From positions 1 to 60,544 of the forward strand of contig JBEGVH010000028.1 of assembly GCA_041178425.1 (NCBI GenBank): 60,544 nt of DNA, in the 5' to 3' direction. The notes beneath the pieces are model-generated. The model was not told the origin of the DNA, made no database searches, and saw only the letters and a list, made by a program, of their open reading frames with translations. Positions 10,579-19,155 of the stretch are shown one piece after another. This DNA comes from Pseudomonadota bacterium (GTDB lineage Bacteria > Bdellovibrionota > Bdellovibrionia > Bdellovibrionales > Bdellovibrionaceae). The first letter of the stretch is position 1; every line of letters starts with the position of its first letter. Position numbers and translations under genes: made by a program.

Positions 10579-11381
10579 TTCATCCCCGATTTAATCGACG
10601 CTATCGCAGTCAAAATGCCTCGAAGGTCAAAGACGTCTTAACCTTACTTGAAACGACCACCTCCTCTCAAAAAGCGACCGCCGACGCTCCTTCACCGATC
10701 GAAAACCCACTGGTTGTGCTAAGAAGAATTGCCAATACCGAAGAGGCCGAAAGCGATTCCATTTGGCTTATTTCCTACGCCGACCTTATGACCCTCTTGT
10801 TTGGTTTTTTTGTGATGCTAATGACGTTCTCTAAGATTGATCAGGAGAACTTCGAAAAAGCGCGCAAAGAAACCACTCGCTTCTTTGGCGGCGAGTACAA
10901 ACTGCCCATGCAGAAACTACAATCTGATTTAGCCAAAGAAGTTCATCAACAGCAACTGGCTGAACAAGTTCATTTTGAGCTTGATAACCGAGGATTGTCG
11001 GTGACTTTTCGGGGAGCCCTCTTCTTCGATTCGGGATCTGCAGAGCTCCGACCAGAAGCGGAGGCTCTCACTCAAAAAATCTTACCCGTCATAAAAAACC
11101 TCGGACCAGATATAAAAATAATTGTTGAGGGACATACCGATGATAGTCCTATTTACGATGAACGCTTCCCCAGTAACTGGGAACTCTCCAGTTATAGGGC
11201 GACCCGCGTGTTGAGGCTTCTTCAGACCCTTGGAGTTCCCAAAACCCAACTTCGAGCCATTGGATTTGGAGACTCAATGCCGGCCTTTCCAAACCGCGAT
11301 GAGAAAGGCCACGTGATTGCCGAAAATCAGAGCCAAAATCGCCGCGTCGTTTTACGAATTATCCGCTCCACGGATAACTAG
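10575..11381 (+). CDS. motB: MotB-family stator B subunit with OmpA-like peptidoglycan-binding domain
   Basis: WLISYADLMTLLFGFF with the essential Asp, a plug helix, FDSGSAEL, VEGHTDD, NWELSSYRA and NRRV; ATGA overlap with motA. Confidence 0.95.
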   Translation: MIHPRFNRRYRSQNASKVKDVLTLLETTTSSQKATADAPSPIENPLVVLRRIANTEEAESDSIWLISYADLMTLLFGFFVMLMTFSKIDQENFEKARKETTRFFGGEYKLPMQKLQSDLAKEVHQQQLAEQVHFELDNRGLSVTFRGALFFDSGSAELRPEAEALTQKILPVIKNLGPDIKIIVEGHTDDSPIYDERFPSNWELSSYRATRVLRLLQTLGVPKTQLRAIGFGDSMPAFPNRDEKGHVIAENQSQNRRVVLRIIRSTDN

Positions 11382-11388
11382 CTTTTAT

Positions 11389-12414
11389 TTACCTTATTTC
11401 TATATTGTAGCCCTGACTGAGGCTCTTCTGAAAGTTTTCTTCGGTGAAGGGCTGAACCTTAAATTCAAAAGATTCATGATAGGCTTCGTCTGTGAAGGTC
11501 CACTCAAATTTCGAATCCGTGAGCGAATCAACAGTTAATTCATGGACGGGGCGCTGCCCTCTAAAAAAACTCTCTTTTACAATAATACGCCGATCTTTTT
11601 TTATTATTAATTCACAACTCTCTTCGCAAAGAGGTCGGGCGGCTATCCGAATGGTGTCGGGAACGTTCATCAAAAAAACGATTTTATTTTCTGGTTGTGG
11701 AAAGGTCGAAGGCACTCGACTGGCCCCTAACCTCACTTTATCGGCCGAGAGCTCCTGAGGATCGCCGAACTCTTCTTTTTTAGCCCAGATTTCTTGTGAA
11801 TCGACAACTGCAAAAAGTCTTTCAATTTTATACCTTTTATTCATATAGAGATTGATGTCGTGTATGAGAGGCTGTATCCATTCATCGCCAGTGGCTCTCT
11901 CGGCCACAACACCCTCAATCGTTGGTCGAATAAAGGTTAACCCCGGTTCGAGCTCGATAGACTGATTCAATAATCCTGTGCTCACAACGATTGATCTTGC
12001 AAATTCAGTCTTTAAGAGAACATAGCCATTCATCAAATGGAGTCGGAGGTTTTGATCCTCAAAGAACATTTGAATTTTCGCCCCCGCAGGGAGAGTCATT
12101 CCAAAACCTGGCCCCAATTCGAACTCAGCTCGACCAGATCTGACGGTCTCGATCAAATCGCCATCAAACAATGGGTCGCCTTTTTGGATTGGGATAAGAA
12201 TCGAATCATGCAAGACCTTGCGCTGAACAACGCCCTCGACAACAACCACCTCTCCGATCAGAGACAAATCACTTTTGTTGGTACTCAGAAAGCGAAGGAT
12301 CACGGGATCAACAGAAATCCAGCTTAGCAGAACCAAAATAACTGCGGCACTAACGAGAAGCCACTCGTAATCTAGACGAAAGATGGAGGCGGGCCTAAAT
12401 TTTATTTTCCACAT
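11389..12414 (-). CDS. Single-pass membrane protein with FecR-like beta domain
   Basis: N-terminal TM followed by IGEV...VQRK...GDPLFDGDLIETVRSGRAEFEL, the FecR-domain GDx(l)xxGDxIxT pattern. Confidence 0.65.
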   Translation of the reverse strand: MWKIKFRPASIFRLDYEWLLVSAAVILVLLSWISVDPVILRFLSTNKSDLSLIGEVVVVEGVVQRKVLHDSILIPIQKGDPLFDGDLIETVRSGRAEFELGPGFGMTLPAGAKIQMFFEDQNLRLHLMNGYVLLKTEFARSIVVSTGLLNQSIELEPGLTFIRPTIEGVVAERATGDEWIQPLIHDINLYMNKRYKIERLFAVVDSQEIWAKKEEFGDPQELSADKVRLGASRVPSTFPQPENKIVFLMNVPDTIRIAARPLCEESCELIIKKDRRIIVKESFFRGQRPVHELTVDSLTDSKFEWTFTDEAYHESFEFKVQPFTEENFQKSLSQGYNIEIR

Positions 12415-12495
12415 CTGCTAAAAATAGTAAATACTATAGACAGGGAATGTCTACGCTTTTTGGACCAAACAATTAATATTTAGACATTAGGTGAA

Positions 12496-13980
12496 ATGAA
12501 GCTTAGTCTGAAATTTTTATTTTTTACTATTGGACTTCCGAGCCTGGCGCTTTTCGTATTTATTTTAATCTCATACCAAAATATCACCGAAGACAAAACT
12601 CAGACGCTGAATCATAATGCCAATACCCTGGCACTCACCATCGCCCAACAACTAGACTCCACAGACTGGATGTCCATCGCGCCAACACTCAAAAGAATCA
12701 TTCCTACACAAGCCATTGTCTTTAACAAAGAAGGACAAATCGTTGCGACCTCGAATGCGTCGTTACTCGAAAAAGATCTCGGAGTTTTTTTAACTAAAAG
12801 CGCCGAAGAAAAATACGCCATGCACCCAGCCAACGAGGGCTCCTTTGAAGACTACGCTGCCGATGGCCGAAGCGCGATTTTCAATTTTGTGCGGCTCCCA
12901 GAGCAAGTCGGAACACTCATGCTAGTGACAAAAAAGGATGATGCCTTTCGATCAGTCTTTCTCTTGATCGCGAAATCAGTCGCCGTTTTTTTTGTATTTA
13001 TTCTGATTGGATTTGGAACGTCACTTTGGTTTGCCAGGTCTGTCTCCGCCCCGTTGGAAATGATTGCAGACCACACCCATAATTTGGCCTCCGGAAACTT
13101 TAATATTTGCCTTCCCAATTTAGGCCAAGACGAACTCGGCAGCCTGGGTGACCAATTTAATTCGATGATTCAAAAACTAAGAAAATCTCTCAGTGACCGA
13201 GAAAAGTCGTTAAAAATTGAATTTGAAAAAGAAATCGCGATCGAAAATCAAAGAATCTTCTACCCCTCAAAAAACTTCAAAACAGAAAATATAGAGATTT
13301 GTACGGCCGCCATTTCTAATCTGTTGGGAGAAAAAGATTGGTGGTATTACTCGCAAACGCCTACTCATTTAATCGTCTGCATGATTCGATTACCCTCTCT
13401 CGCCTCACAGGCATCGATTTTAAGTGCGGTGGCCCGAACCTCCTTAGGGTTTATTGCAGAGAACTTTTCGAGTACCGCCAAGGCAACAGCTCAGCTTCAT
13501 CGCAGCCTTTTAGAATGCACAAAAGGATCCTTCGAGACTCCGTGTCTTTTCTTAGCCATCGACCTATCGTCAGGTCTCTTAAGCTATACAAGTGCAGGGT
13601 TCCGCCCGCCGCTTTACGTGTTTAACGCCACAGCAGATAAGCAGTCAGAAGATCTCGAAATCTTGGAACCTAATCACAACCGAGGAGTCGGACGAACCGC
13701 CGATGACACCTTTCAAAACGCCCAGTTTCAACTCTCTCCTCAATCGACTTTGTTTATTCACTCAAGTGGCCTTTATCAGATTAAAAACCCAAAAATGGAA
13801 CACTTGAGCCTCGAAACCATCGAGCTCTGGATGAAAGAAACCAATGCCAACCAGTCAAACCTAGAGAGCTTAAAGGTATTAACAAACAATCGAATCAAAA
13901 ACTTCAGAGGTAATACTGACAGTGAAAGCGACCTTACCTACATGTTTATACGATGGAGTCCTCATGTTGAAAAAGCTTAG
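12496..13980 (+). CDS. Two-TM sensor with HAMP domain and degenerate SpoIIE/PP2C-like domain
   Basis: Two TMs flank a Cache-like region; HAMP motif PLEMI...GNF...DELGSLGDQFNSM; PP2C-like DWW, LSYTSAGFRPP and TLFIHSSGL; most metal-binding Asp residues are absent. Confidence 0.8.
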   Translation: MKLSLKFLFFTIGLPSLALFVFILISYQNITEDKTQTLNHNANTLALTIAQQLDSTDWMSIAPTLKRIIPTQAIVFNKEGQIVATSNASLLEKDLGVFLTKSAEEKYAMHPANEGSFEDYAADGRSAIFNFVRLPEQVGTLMLVTKKDDAFRSVFLLIAKSVAVFFVFILIGFGTSLWFARSVSAPLEMIADHTHNLASGNFNICLPNLGQDELGSLGDQFNSMIQKLRKSLSDREKSLKIEFEKEIAIENQRIFYPSKNFKTENIEICTAAISNLLGEKDWWYYSQTPTHLIVCMIRLPSLASQASILSAVARTSLGFIAENFSSTAKATAQLHRSLLECTKGSFETPCLFLAIDLSSGLLSYTSAGFRPPLYVFNATADKQSEDLEILEPNHNRGVGRTADDTFQNAQFQLSPQSTLFIHSSGLYQIKNPKMEHLSLETIELWMKETNANQSNLESLKVLTNNRIKNFRGNTDSESDLTYMFIRWSPHVEKA

Positions 13981-14587
13981 TTTAACTTACCCACTGATCC
14001 TCCTTGGAACACTCTCTAGCTGTTCGCCCACTTTAACCGTTAAATCTGAGCCCGCCGGGGCCAATGTTTTTCTCTTAAAATCGAATGGCGAAAAACAATC
14101 CTTGGGAACCACTCCGCTGGTGGTAAAGGTGAATGAGATTGAGACCATGGCCCCCCTCACTTCGATGACGGGAGAAATGCTTCCACTCTCGTTCGAGGCC
14201 AGCGGCTTTAGAACGACAGAGGTTCTCGTTCCACCGATGCGCACCGGAATCATTGATGCCGGCATCAATGTGCAACTACGTCCAGAGGCTGCGGCAACTT
14301 GCAACAATGCCTCAGCGGATGAACTCCTCCGCTACTTACATAATGCACAAAAATTTGCGAATGCAGGGGTTTACCAAGCCGCCATCGATGAGGTTAACAA
14401 GGCGACCGAAAAGAACCCCCAATTCATTCGAGCCTACTCCATGAAGGGTTCTATTTATTTTGTTCAAAATCGACTCGACGAAAGTCAAGCGATGTACGAG
14501 AAAGCTCTTACAATTGATCCTAACTTTGATGAAGCCATAAAAATGATCGCTGAAATTAAAAAGAAGAAGAAGGCTGGGCCGCGATGA
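13964..14587 (+). CDS. PEGA-domain plus TPR lipoprotein
   Basis: ATG at 13964 with GGAG RBS; lipobox TLSSC; PEGA motif VKSEPAGANV...LGTTPL; TPRs AYSMKGSIYF...YEKALTIDPNF. Confidence 0.82.
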   Translation: MLKKLSLTYPLILLGTLSSCSPTLTVKSEPAGANVFLLKSNGEKQSLGTTPLVVKVNEIETMAPLTSMTGEMLPLSFEASGFRTTEVLVPPMRTGIIDAGINVQLRPEAAATCNNASADELLRYLHNAQKFANAGVYQAAIDEVNKATEKNPQFIRAYSMKGSIYFVQNRLDESQAMYEKALTIDPNFDEAIKMIAEIKKKKKAGPR

Positions 14588-15165
14588 AATTGAGTCGTTT
14601 AAAACTCTTCACTCTTTGTTTAATCTTCACTCCATTTACTCACGCTGAAGTTTCTAGAATTAGAGCGAGTGCCTCTGCCGGCTTCGGACAAGCTCAAGTC
14701 AAAGATCAAAACTACAAGAGCGCCGATCTTCAGGGTCCTATCAGCAACACCTTCACTGTCGATTATTCGGCGAATGGCGAATCTGAGTGGGGAGTCGAAC
14801 ATAAAAGAACCTGGAGTGCGAGGAGCGGAACCGCTGTGGGCCTCACCGGACTCACATACAAAAATTTCTTTTGGCATAGTCGTCCTCAAATCGAAAGTGT
14901 TCCCTTTCCTCGACTCCCGCGCGGACAATGGGATATTCATGCTATTTCTCCTTACATTGGTGCTTCCGCGGGCATTGGCCAAGCCAGCATCATTGATAAA
15001 AAAATGAACGCGATTGGTTTTTACCTTGGAGTTACGGGCGGTTTAGACTGGTATTCACAGCGAAACTGGGGACTACGAATGGAAGCTTCTGGGAGCGCGA
15101 CATTAGGAGGCCAAGGCCGCATCGACACCGTCTCTGCAGGCCTTGGAATATACTTAAATCTCTGA
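14584..15165 (+). CDS. Putative small outer-membrane beta-barrel protein
   Basis: Signal peptide (FTHA|E); alternating Gly/aromatic strands SPYIGASAGIGQ, GVTGGLDW, WGLRMEA and a terminal GLGIYLNL; ATGA overlap with the upstream gene. Confidence 0.7.
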   Translation: MKLSRLKLFTLCLIFTPFTHAEVSRIRASASAGFGQAQVKDQNYKSADLQGPISNTFTVDYSANGESEWGVEHKRTWSARSGTAVGLTGLTYKNFFWHSRPQIESVPFPRLPRGQWDIHAISPYIGASAGIGQASIIDKKMNAIGFYLGVTGGLDWYSQRNWGLRMEASGSATLGGQGRIDTVSAGLGIYLNL

Positions 15166-15192
15166 TCTAGATGACTGATCTAAATTGCTGAT

Positions 15193-15936
15193 CTATTCTG
15201 CTGAGGCTAAACAAATTTTACTGAAGCTTATTGGATCAAGCGAAGCTCCGCCAACAAGGAACCCATTGACGTCTTTGATACGTAAAAGTTCCGATGCATT
15301 TTCAGGCTTCACACTACCACCATAAAGGATCGGCGTCTCTGCTGATCCTCCTTGAGAAATAATATAAGCGCGAATTTGAGCATGAGCTTCAGCCACCTGC
15401 TCCACCGATGCTACCTTTCCGGTGCCAATCGCCCAAACCGGCTCGTAGGCGACGATCCACTCTTTCTTTAGATCAATAGCATCCATGAAAGCTTTTAGTT
15501 GTTTTTCACAAACAGATTTTGTTTGGCCGCCTTCGCGCTCCTCCAACGTTTCACCAATACATAACATCGGTACCAGTTCGAGCGACTGAACCAACTGACC
15601 TTTAGTGGCAATGGAAGAATCCGTTTCTCCAAATATCTGACGTCTCTCACTGTGACCCAACAGAATCAGTTGACCACCAATGTCTTTTACAACGGGTGCA
15701 GAGATTTCTCCGGTAAAAGCTCCGCTCCCTTGACTAAAGCAGTTCTGCGAACCAAAACGCATCGACGTTTCAACAAGCGATTGAGCCGTGGCTTCGAGAT
15801 TAGTGGCTGGAACAAAAAAAACAATCTTGCTTTGTAAATCGTTAGAGACCAACCCTTTAAAGTTTTTAAAAAACTCGCGTGATTCGCGGGGGCCCTTGTT
15901 TAATTTCCAGTTAGCGGCAAAAATAATAGTTTTCAC
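15193..15936 (-). CDS. tpiA: Triosephosphate isomerase
   Basis: AANWKLN, GAFTGEIS, LGHSERR, AYEPVWAIGTG, YGGSVKP and GFLVGGASL; likely GTG start at 15936. Confidence 0.97.
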   Translation of the reverse strand: MKTIIFAANWKLNKGPRESREFFKNFKGLVSNDLQSKIVFFVPATNLEATAQSLVETSMRFGSQNCFSQGSGAFTGEISAPVVKDIGGQLILLGHSERRQIFGETDSSIATKGQLVQSLELVPMLCIGETLEEREGGQTKSVCEKQLKAFMDAIDLKKEWIVAYEPVWAIGTGKVASVEQVAEAHAQIRAYIISQGGSAETPILYGGSVKPENASELLRIKDVNGFLVGGASLDPISFSKICLASAE

Positions 15937-15960
15937 AATACACTCTTTTCTATCCAAAAT

Positions 15961-15993
15961 AAAAAAAGGGCCGTGAATCTCTTCACAGCCCTT
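15961..15993 (-). terminator. Intrinsic terminator-like hairpin between pgk and tpiA
   Basis: AAGGGCCGTGAA-tctc-TTCACAGCCCTT stem with an A7 run that reads as a U-tail on the minus strand. Confidence 0.7.
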
Positions 15994-16007
15994 CTTAATT
16001 ACACCTT

Positions 16008-17210
16008 TTATGAGCGAATTCTCACGCGAAGAACTTCTAAACCTGGTAATTTATCTCCTTGGAGGTACTCAAGACTCGCTCCACCGCCCGTAGATATGTG
16101 AGTCATTTGAGAGGCAAAACCCGACTGTTCAGCTGCTGCAGCCGAATCACCACCACCAATAATTTTAGTCGCTTTCGATTCAGCAATAGCCTTTGCCAAA
16201 CCAAACGTGCCCCGCGAAAAAGCCGTTTTTTCAAAAACGCCCATAGGCCCGTTCCAAAAAATTGTTGAGGCACCCTTAACGGCTTCTGAAAAATTTCTCA
16301 GAGTTTGTGGTCCGATATCTAAGCCCATCATGTTTTCGGCAATGGCAGCACCAGAAGTTACCTCTCCCGCCGTGGCCGTAAACTCAGAGGCTACAATATG
16401 ATCAACCGGCAATAACAAGGTTTTGTTTCGAGCTTCCATACGTGCGATCATTTCACGCGCGTAATTTAATTTTTCAGTTTCTACAAGACTCTTTCCTACT
16501 GCGATATTTTGCGCTTTCAGAAAGGTGTAGGCCATCGCTCCACCAATAACAAATCCATCAACTAGATCGATGAGCTTTTCAATGACCGCAATCTTATCAC
16601 TCACTTTAGAACCACCAAGTACGGCAATATAAGGTCTCTTTGGGGCCTCAAGGAGCTGATCTAACATTTTAATTTCTTTTTCAATCAGAAAGCCAACACC
16701 CTTCTCTTTCATCAGACTTGGAAGCGCATGAATTGTAGAGTGAGCACGATGGCTAGCACCAAAGGCATCGTTAATATAAATATCTGCCAAGGGCGCCAAC
16801 TGCTGAGCAAATTCAACGGAATCTTTGGTTTCACCCGCATGAAAGCGAACGTTTTCCAGAAGAATGATTTGGTTTTTTTTAAGACCTGTCAGTAGCATTT
16901 TTGTTGCCTCAGAGTCTGGTTCCTCCACCAATAAAACTTCGACATTAAGAATTTCCGATAAACGCTTACCAACTAATTCAAGACTGTTGTCTTTATCACC
17001 GGGCCCCTTTGGCCGTCCCAAATGAGAGGCGATTATGAGTTTTGCCCCCTGTTCGAGCGCATACTTAATGGTTGGGATACTTGCTTGAATTCGGGTTTCA
17101 TCGGTGATCTTTCCAGCCTCGAGTGGAACATTAAGATCTAAACGAAGAAATACTTTTTTGTCTTTTAAATCGAAGTCACGGATTGTTTTAATCCCTTTTA
17201 AACCAGCCAT
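16008..17210 (-). CDS. pgk: Phosphoglycerate kinase
   Basis: RLDLNVP, SHLGRP, LLENVRF, NDAFGASHRAH, WNGPMGVFE, GGGDS and STGGGASLE. Confidence 0.98.
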   Translation of the reverse strand: MAGLKGIKTIRDFDLKDKKVFLRLDLNVPLEAGKITDETRIQASIPTIKYALEQGAKLIIASHLGRPKGPGDKDNSLELVGKRLSEILNVEVLLVEEPDSEATKMLLTGLKKNQIILLENVRFHAGETKDSVEFAQQLAPLADIYINDAFGASHRAHSTIHALPSLMKEKGVGFLIEKEIKMLDQLLEAPKRPYIAVLGGSKVSDKIAVIEKLIDLVDGFVIGGAMAYTFLKAQNIAVGKSLVETEKLNYAREMIARMEARNKTLLLPVDHIVASEFTATAGEVTSGAAIAENMMGLDIGPQTLRNFSEAVKGASTIFWNGPMGVFEKTAFSRGTFGLAKAIAESKATKIIGGGDSAAAAEQSGFASQMTHISTGGGASLEYLQGDKLPGLEVLRVRIRS

Positions 17211-17229
17211 TGATTGCTCCTGTTTTATG

Positions 17230-17259
17230 AAAAAAAGAGGCCCTTTTAATCGGGCCTCT
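17230..17259 (-). terminator. Intrinsic terminator-like hairpin between gap and pgk
   Basis: AGAGGCCC-N8-GGGCCTCT with an A-run that reads as a U-tail on the minus strand. Confidence 0.65.
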
Positions 17260-17285
17260 AGAACGGATTATGAAATCAATTAATC

Positions 17286-18290
17286 TTAAAGACCTTTCAC
17301 TTCAAGGTACTTGATGAAGTCAACCATTCGATGGCTGAACCCAGTTTCGTTATCGTACCAAGAGAAAACCTTACCCATACGAGAGCCAATCACCATTGTT
17401 GATGGAAGATCTACGATTGAGCTATTTGGATTTCCATTGAAATCAATGCTAACAAGTTCTTTTGTTTCAACCGCGAGCACTCCTTTTAAAGGACCTTGAG
17501 CCGCTTTTGTTAAAGCAGCATTGATAGCTTCAATAGAAAGATCTTGTTTTGAATTAAAAGCAAAATCCACCAAGCTCACATTTGGTGTGGGAACACGAAT
17601 GGCCGTTCCATCAATTTTACCCTTCAACTCAGGGAGAACCTTGCCGACGGCTTTTGCTGCACCGGTCGTAGTTGGAATCATTGATACGCCGGCTGTTCTG
17701 GCCCGACGAAGATCTTTATGAGAACCATCTAAGATCCTTTGATCGTTGGTGTAGGAATGAACTGTAGTCATCATTCCGTGTTCAATTCCAAAAGTCTCGT
17801 GGAGCACTTTAGCAACTGGCGCTAAGCAATTCGTTGTGCAGGAAGCATTGGAAATAACAGTATGAGCGGCAGGATCATAGGCTGTGTGGTTTACGCCATA
17901 AACCATCGTTAAATCGGCTCCATCAGCAGGGGCAGAAACGAATACTTTTTTTGCTCCCGCTTTTACCTGCTCCATAAATTGAGCTTTATCTTTGAAAGCT
18001 CCAGTACACTCAAGGACAACATCAACCCCGTTGGCTTTCCACGGAAGTTCTGCCGGGTTTTTTACTGCTGAAATATTAATGGTTTTGCCATTAACGATAA
18101 GCTTACCACCCTCGGTGTGAACATCATTCTTGTAAATGCCATGAGAAGAATCATATTTTAAAAGATGGGCGATCGTATCAACACTGCCTAAGTCGTTGAT
18201 GGCTACGATATCTAAATCTTCAAAACCAGCACGAAATAGAACACGTCCAATGCGTCCAAAACCGTTAATTGCAACTTTTAACTTAGCCAT
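17286..18290 (-). CDS. gap: Type I glyceraldehyde-3-phosphate dehydrogenase
   Basis: INGFGRIGR, SNASCTTNCLAP, PTTTGAAKAV and WYDNE. Confidence 0.98.
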   Translation of the reverse strand: MAKLKVAINGFGRIGRVLFRAGFEDLDIVAINDLGSVDTIAHLLKYDSSHGIYKNDVHTEGGKLIVNGKTINISAVKNPAELPWKANGVDVVLECTGAFKDKAQFMEQVKAGAKKVFVSAPADGADLTMVYGVNHTAYDPAAHTVISNASCTTNCLAPVAKVLHETFGIEHGMMTTVHSYTNDQRILDGSHKDLRRARTAGVSMIPTTTGAAKAVGKVLPELKGKIDGTAIRVPTPNVSLVDFAFNSKQDLSIEAINAALTKAAQGPLKGVLAVETKELVSIDFNGNPNSSIVDLPSTMVIGSRMGKVFSWYDNETGFSHRMVDFIKYLEVKGL

Positions 18291-18372
18291 GATTAACTCC
18301 TTCTCTCTTTGTGTATTTTTAAAGTAATTTTTATAGCAGCACTGTGGTCCCGTTCAGAACAAAAGGCAAGAC

Positions 18373-19143
18373 TCAATGCAGTTTTGCAAAAGTCCTCATG
18401 GAATTATTCCAAACAGCCTCACTAAAAGTCTCAAGAGAGAAACCTTTAATTTTTGCCACCGTGGCTGCTGTGTGAACCATATAGGCCGGAGTGTTTTTCT
18501 TACCCCTCATTGGAACCGGAGCCAAAAAGGGAGCATCCGTTTCTACATGCAGACGATCCATGGGCACAAATTCGGCGATTTTTCTTAATTCATCAGCATT
18601 TTTAAAAGTCACAACCCCACTCAAACTAATGTCGTATCCCAAATCGAGGCACTGTTGGGCCAACCAAAGAGAACCAGTGAAGCAATGAATGATACCCTTC
18701 ACTTGACCACGAAAGGGGCGAAGTATTTCAACGGTATCAGCTTCGGCGTCTCTGGTATGAATTTCGACGGGCAATCCCAACTCGCGCGCCAGCTCCAGCT
18801 GCTCATGGAAGGCTCTTTTTTGAGTTTGAGGAGTGGAATTGTTGTAGTAGTAATCGAGCCCCATTTCACCGAGTCCAACAACGCGAGGGCCTTGGGCCTT
18901 TTCGCGAATAAAATCGCTCACTCGATGATCCCATAAACCAGCGTCGTGAGGATGTATTCCCAAAGTGCAGAATACCATGGGTGCATATTTTTCTGACAGT
19001 TCGAGCACTATTGGTAAATCGGAGGGATCGGTGCCAATCGTAATAACACGCTCTACGCCCTCTTGCTTTGCAAGTGCGAGGGCCGATTCAACCCCTTCTT
19101 CCAGCTTATCAAGATGCACATGAACATCGATCCAACGGGTCAT
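18373..19143 (-). CDS. tatD: TatD family hydrolase (YcfH-like)
   Basis: DVHVHL, GIHPH, GEMGLDY, IHTRDA, IIHCF and ETDAPFLAP; ATG at 19143 with GGAGG RBS; classic tmk-holB-tatD order. Confidence 0.93.
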   Translation of the reverse strand: MTRWIDVHVHLDKLEEGVESALALAKQEGVERVITIGTDPSDLPIVLELSEKYAPMVFCTLGIHPHDAGLWDHRVSDFIREKAQGPRVVGLGEMGLDYYYNNSTPQTQKRAFHEQLELARELGLPVEIHTRDAEADTVEILRPFRGQVKGIIHCFTGSLWLAQQCLDLGYDISLSGVVTFKNADELRKIAEFVPMDRLHVETDAPFLAPVPMRGKKNTPAYMVHTAATVAKIKGFSLETFSEAVWNNSMRTFAKLH

Positions 19144-19155
19144 ATCAACCTCCAA

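Noticed and set aside
9790..11381. Zorya (ZorAB) anti-phage system or ExbBD/TolQR
   Set aside because: MotA is 262 aa with no long ZorA tail, there are no zorC/D/E genes, MotB has the flagellar-type WxxxYAD and OmpA domain, and the partner gene is FliG-like.
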